Source of the DNA: a virus
IMG/VR virus record: IMGVR_UViG_3300030419_005541
Span: 32,001 to 96,000 of that record
Reading direction: 5' to 3' (one strand)
Length of the DNA stretch: 64,000 nucleotides
Shown here in pieces: positions 59,570 through 64,000 of the stretch; the stretch's first letter is position 1; each line of letters starts with the position of its first letter. The notes under the pieces were generated by a model, which searched no databases, was not told the origin of the DNA, and worked only from the letters and a program-made list of their open reading frames with translations. The position numbers and the translations under genes were made by a program.

Positions 59570-60835
59570 GTGAAAATTTTAGAAGAATATAAAAGATTTG
59601 CCGAAGAATTACTTATTGAAGCTGATGAACAACAGCCTCTTGATGATAAAGAAAAAGAAAAAGCTAAAAGTCAAGGACTTGTCCATCTTGGTGGAGGTGC
59701 ATATGGTAAAAAAGGTAAAGAAGCCACACATAAAAATGTTGATGGTAAACTTGAACCAATTGATAAAGATGGTGATGATGATGGTGCAGATGATAGTCAA
59801 AAATTAAGCGGTAAATCAGATTTCTCAAGAGATGGCGGAGATACTCCTCCTGAAGCCTGGGATGTTGAGGACGAGTTTGGTGGTGAAGATAGTGAAGTTG
59901 CAAAATATTTGAAAAGCTTACAAGGCAAGGAAGATGATGAAGACGAGTGGGATGATACATCTATGGGACAACGCAATCGCAGTTATGGTGGTAGAGGATT
60001 TGGAGATGATTCAGATGGTGGTGATGATAAACCAAAAGCAGACGAACCAAAAGCAGACGAACCAAGAGGTGCTGCGATTGTCGGCAAAACGGGAAACGCT
60101 GAACAATCAGCAAGTAAATTATCAGATATTATTGATGACGCAAAAGACCATGAAGGTAAAATGCCTAAAGGTGTTGCACGTCAAGTAGCACAATACGAAG
60201 CAGATATTTTAGCTCGACAAGGTATAAACAAAAGTCCGGATGGTACGTATTCAACAAGTGATTACGATGAAGACGAAGACGAAGTTATTTACGAACCAAT
60301 GTCTGAAGAAGGAATAATAAATGCAATCGCGCGCGAAACAGGCAAAAGTAAAGATGAAGTTGTTGCTATGAGAGCTATGGCAAAGGAATCAAACCCAGGA
60401 GTGTTTCCTGAAGATAAAGGTGATGATGAAAAAAGTGGAGAAGAGAGTATTTCTGACGAAGATTTAAAAGATACAATTTTACAAGATTTAAATCCAAGTC
60501 GTGATTCAGATAGAGATGAACGTGGTTTACCTAATAGTAAAGAAGATTGGGAAAACGAAGTAGAAGAAGTTGATAGCGCGTTTAAAGATGCAATGGAATA
60601 CTACGAAAGAACGAAGAAAGAATATGAAGATGAGTCTGTAACTGATGACCCGGAAGAAAGAGAGTATTTAAAAGATAGAGCACAAAAAGCTGAAAAAGAA
60701 TTTATTAAACGTAGAGCTGTTAGAGATGCTTATAAAGAAAAAGGTGAAACCTTAGGTTTATTTGACCACGTTGAACCTAAAAAGAAACCATTTCTAAGAG
60801 AACAATTAGAACGTATTGGTGGAGGAAAATACTAA
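59570..60835 (+). CDS. Highly acidic low-complexity protein (prohead core/internal-like)
   Basis: GTG start after GGAG; D/E-rich; directly before protease. Confidence 0.6.
   Translation: MKILEEYKRFAEELLIEADEQQPLDDKEKEKAKSQGLVHLGGGAYGKKGKEATHKNVDGKLEPIDKDGDDDGADDSQKLSGKSDFSRDGGDTPPEAWDVEDEFGGEDSEVAKYLKSLQGKEDDEDEWDDTSMGQRNRSYGGRGFGDDSDGGDDKPKADEPKADEPRGAAIVGKTGNAEQSASKLSDIIDDAKDHEGKMPKGVARQVAQYEADILARQGINKSPDGTYSTSDYDEDEDEVIYEPMSEEGIINAIARETGKSKDEVVAMRAMAKESNPGVFPEDKGDDEKSGEESISDEDLKDTILQDLNPSRDSDRDERGLPNSKEDWENEVEEVDSAFKDAMEYYERTKKEYEDESVTDDPEEREYLKDRAQKAEKEFIKRRAVRDAYKEKGETLGLFDHVEPKKKPFLREQLERIGGGKY
60030..60065. repeat. 15-bp in-frame tandem repeat
   Basis: AACCAAAAGCAGACG twice, encoding PKADE-PKADE. 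Confidence 0.8.
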
Positions 60836-61440
60836 TGAAACAATTAATAGTAGACTATATACCATTTGAAGTTGCTCCTGAGACAATCAATGAAGCAATG
60901 TCTTCTAATGGTAAACTAATCGTGAAAGGCGTTCTACAACGTGCAGAAGCGAAAAATCAAAATGGTCGTGTTTATCCTATGGACTTACTTCAACGTGAAG
61001 CTAAAAAGTACACAAGTAATTTTATAAGAGAAAAGAGAGCATTAGGTGAGTTAGACCATCCTGATAGTTCTGTTGTAAATTTAAATAACGTTTCTCATAA
61101 TGTGTTAGAAATGAATTGGGATGGAAATGATTTGAAAGGTACAATCGAAGTATTGACTACACCAAGTGGAAATATTTTAAGAGAATTATTTAAAAGTGGT
61201 ATTAGACTTGGTATCTCTTCACGTGGATTAGGTTCTGTTGAACCAATGAAAGAAGATAAAGATGCGCAAGAAGTACAAAACGATTTTGAATTGATTGCAT
61301 TTGATTTTGTTAGTAATCCATCTACACACGGAGCATTTATGAATCCTGTTAACGAAAGTGTTAATCGTGATGAACAAATACGTTCAGGTAAGTGGCACGC
61401 GGTAGATAATACTATAGGAAAAATTTTAAGAGGCGAATAA
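60835..61440 (+). CDS. Prohead core protease (T4 gp21-like)
   Basis: NQNGRVY, GELDHP, GISSRGLGS, FDFVSNPS. Confidence 0.95.
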   Translation: MKQLIVDYIPFEVAPETINEAMSSNGKLIVKGVLQRAEAKNQNGRVYPMDLLQREAKKYTSNFIREKRALGELDHPDSSVVNLNNVSHNVLEMNWDGNDLKGTIEVLTTPSGNILRELFKSGIRLGISSRGLGSVEPMKEDKDAQEVQNDFELIAFDFVSNPSTHGAFMNPVNESVNRDEQIRSGKWHAVDNTIGKILRGE

Positions 61441-62810
61441 TGCCTTTTAAGTCTGAAAAACAAAAACGATGGATGTATGCTAATAAACCTAAAATGGCTA
61501 AAAAGTGGGAGAAGAAAGTGAAAGAACAAAAGCTAAATGAGAATCCAGCAGTAATAGCAACTGCGGCTCGCGCGGCTATAGAAAAAGCAAAAGAAAAAGA
61601 CATTTCTCCTGGCGTAAAGGTAAAAACTGCTGCAAATAATCCAAACCATAAAGACCATAAAAAAGCAAAAGGTATTATACAAAGAATTAGAGATAAAGCA
61701 AAAGCGGCAATAGATAAAATTAAAAATAAAAAAGGTAAAGAAACAAAAAAAGCTGAACCAAAGAAACAATCTAAATCAGATGCTGACCATTATGCAAGAC
61801 AATTTGGTGTTAAAGAAAATGCAAAACAACAATTAAAAATGTTTTTTGAAAAAAATGTTCCAACTAATCCAACTAAGTGGTCATATTACAAAAGTCGAGC
61901 AAAAGAAAAATTTGATGTTTATCCATCAGCTTATGCAAATGCTTGGGCTGTTGACCAATATAATGATGCTGGTGGTGGATGGAAAAAAGAAAAGAAAAAG
62001 AAAAAAGAACAAATTGGTGAAGCTAAAATAAAAAGATGGGAACAAATACCAAAAAGTGGAACTATTGATTTTGGTAAATATGGTAGATTTGTAATACTAA
62101 GTACAAACGATTTGAGAGTTAGTGGAAAATTTGTATCAGGTTCTGCTAAAAGTAATAGAACAATTACATTTTATTCTGATAAAGGAAAAACTTATTATCG
62201 TAAAAGAAAAGGATTGAGCATATCAGATACTCCATCATTTCCTTTTGATAATGTTAAATCTATAAAAGAATCCGAAGTAAATGAACGTATGCCATATAAA
62301 CGCTCTTTTAAAGGACAACGGAAAACGGGTGATAATTACCTAGGCGGTTCAAGTGACAACAGAGGAAATAGAAGTGAACTATATCAAGCTAAAGACGGAA
62401 AATTTTATATTTGGGTACAGAGTGGCGGTGCTGAAGGTTACATAGACTTACCTAAAAACATAAAAAATAGAGGTGAGGCTGATGATATACATCTTGACCT
62501 TCGGGATAAATTTAGAAAAAAGAAACCAATTAAAGTTAAAGGTAAAACTCTCAAACCCGAATCTGTAAATGAAGATGTACTAAATGAAGCAACTTATGTA
62601 AAAGGTAAGATGATGGTAATATTGAAAAATTCATTTATGGATGTACATGGAGGTTTAGTTAAGAATGTGACTTTATCAGATTCTTTATCTGACGAAGCAA
62701 GATACAGATTAGGTATGTTTCAAAAAAGAATGTCTGCGGCTCGTGAAAATTATGTTAAAGCAGTTATGAGAGCAAGTAAACCATTTGATAAAGAGATAAC
62801 CGGAGTATAA
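61440..62810 (+). CDS. Modular basic putative head-internal polyprotein
   Basis: MPFKSEKQ...; KFDVYPSAYAN module; LNE/VKE/IGE/VNE boundaries. Confidence 0.65.
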   Translation: MPFKSEKQKRWMYANKPKMAKKWEKKVKEQKLNENPAVIATAARAAIEKAKEKDISPGVKVKTAANNPNHKDHKKAKGIIQRIRDKAKAAIDKIKNKKGKETKKAEPKKQSKSDADHYARQFGVKENAKQQLKMFFEKNVPTNPTKWSYYKSRAKEKFDVYPSAYANAWAVDQYNDAGGGWKKEKKKKKEQIGEAKIKRWEQIPKSGTIDFGKYGRFVILSTNDLRVSGKFVSGSAKSNRTITFYSDKGKTYYRKRKGLSISDTPSFPFDNVKSIKESEVNERMPYKRSFKGQRKTGDNYLGGSSDNRGNRSELYQAKDGKFYIWVQSGGAEGYIDLPKNIKNRGEADDIHLDLRDKFRKKKPIKVKGKTLKPESVNEDVLNEATYVKGKMMVILKNSFMDVHGGLVKNVTLSDSLSDEARYRLGMFQKRMSAARENYVKAVMRASKPFDKEITGV

Positions 62811-62811
62811 C

Positions 62812-63477
62812 GTGGCTAAGATTCAAGTACAAGGTATTGGAATGTTTACTGATGATACTCTTAAAAAGAAAATTATACAATTAGCAAATGATTTACAAAA
62901 GAACGCTAAGAAAGGTAATTGGAATAAAGCATCTGAAAATGGTATCAGAGCATTAGGTCGTATGTGGGGAGCATATCAAGAGTGGTCGAGAAATAACGAA
63001 TCTGTAAATGAAGCTGGTATGGAACTAAATAAAATTAAAGATGCTATATTAATGTTTCAAAAGAAGATTAAGAAACAAGGTAGCGTTACTAATGCGAGAG
63101 ATGAAGACCACCTAAAGAATCTAATCAAAGTTTATAAACAAATGGGTGGTAAGGGAATTAAAGAAGGAAAACTTAATGAAAGAATGAAAACTCCTTTTAT
63201 AGTACATCCTACTGACCCTGACCAAACAGAAAGACATTTTGTTAAATTATTTAAACAACTTGCTAAAGGTCATCCAAGTCCAATTGATTACGGACCGAGA
63301 GAATCTGATATGTATGATTGGAATGATAGACGTAATTACTATAAAGCAATAGAAGAATACAATAAGTATATGAATAAAATTGCTGACGGTCTTAATAAAT
63401 CACTTGATGAGATGAACAACATTTGGAAAACTTGGACAAAGATACGAGACAAACATCGTAAAAAAGATAAAAGTTAA
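62812..63477 (+). CDS. Modular putative head-internal protein
   Basis: ESVNE and EGKLNE boundaries. Confidence 0.6.
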   Translation: MAKIQVQGIGMFTDDTLKKKIIQLANDLQKNAKKGNWNKASENGIRALGRMWGAYQEWSRNNESVNEAGMELNKIKDAILMFQKKIKKQGSVTNARDEDHLKNLIKVYKQMGGKGIKEGKLNERMKTPFIVHPTDPDQTERHFVKLFKQLAKGHPSPIDYGPRESDMYDWNDRRNYYKAIEEYNKYMNKIADGLNKSLDEMNNIWKTWTKIRDKHRKKDKS

Positions 63478-63479
63478 TA

Positions 63480-63938
63480 ATGATTAAGATAACAGATATA
63501 TTAAATGAAAGTAAAACTTCTAATATGATGAAAGCTATTCGTAAACACGGAACTGCGGGACCTTGGGATATTATTGTAAGTAAAAATAATAAGATAGCAA
63601 AACGAGTATCTGTACAAAATTTAAAAGAGATACCAGCAGAAATGGATGATGTAAAGAAAAAATTTCCAAACCATAAGATTGGTATAGAAGCAAAAAGTGG
63701 CAAGATAGCTTATAGAGAAGATAATAGTTGGTCTAATAATAAAGCAAAAAAGAAAGCTGATGTTGCTAAAATTATAAAAAAAGATATGGCTCTTATTATA
63801 AGCGGCGGGAAACCGAAAGGTGGATACAACGGCAACACAGGTGAAATTTTTGCTTGGGCTGATTCAAATTCTAAACGAGGTATGAGATACACGGTAAGTG
63901 TTGATACCGTAAGAGATATGTTAAGAGAATTACCATGA
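63480..63938 (+). CDS. Putative head-internal protein
   Basis: MIKITDILNE leader. Confidence 0.6.
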   Translation: MIKITDILNESKTSNMMKAIRKHGTAGPWDIIVSKNNKIAKRVSVQNLKEIPAEMDDVKKKFPNHKIGIEAKSGKIAYREDNSWSNNKAKKKADVAKIIKKDMALIISGGKPKGGYNGNTGEIFAWADSNSKRGMRYTVSVDTVRDMLRELP

Positions 63939-63972
63939 TAAAATTAAATAAAAATATTTTAGGAGATAAATA

Positions 63973-64000
63973 ATGGCAACAGCAGATGCAGGAGGAATGC
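63973..64000 (+). CDS. Start of an ORF truncated by the window edge
   Basis: AGGAG SD then ATG GCA ACA. Confidence 0.45.

Noticed and set aside
449-63892. Numerous minus-strand and nested alternative-frame ORFs in the track (e.g. 19062-19646, 44763-45338, 61095-61529, 8262-8597)
   Set aside because: They are shadows of well-supported + strand genes and lack recognisable motifs
1-64000. Stop-codon reassignment as seen in some large phages
   Set aside because: Genes are full length and densely packed under code 11; TAA, TAG and TGA all end genes
1-64000. tRNA genes, CRISPR array, diversity-generating retroelement or integrase
   Set aside because: No cloverleaf, spacer-repeat periodicity, reverse transcriptase or recombinase recognised; intergenic space is minimal

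Overview
A 64-kb segment of a large, AT-rich, T4-like (myovirus-type) dsDNA phage. Essentially all real genes are on the + strand and use the standard genetic code. Order: (1) the end of a pilin-like/secreted-protein cluster; (2) small early genes behind repeated sigma70-type promoters, with two possible structured RNAs; (3) auxiliary genes (peptide deformylase, MazG-like, DUF707-type glycosyltransferase, IMPDH/GMPR); (4) a 7-deazaguanine DNA-modification cluster (QueD, QueE, FolE, DpdL-like, TGT-fold DpdA) with no QueC in the window but with a small membrane protein, HNH nuclease, 2OG-Fe(II) oxygenase, PRTase, GT-B glycosyltransferase and HD hydrolase; (5) a sigma-like late factor and baseplate/tail genes; (6) resolvase-like nuclease, primase and an Mre11-Rad50 fusion; (7) a tail fibre with an S74 chaperone, a tandem-Hint protein and a GH108 endolysin; (8) many modular putative head-internal proteins with a shared N-terminal leader, plus terminase, portal and prohead protease. 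No tRNA, rRNA or CRISPR array was seen. All family calls come from motif recognition by eye; no database search was run.
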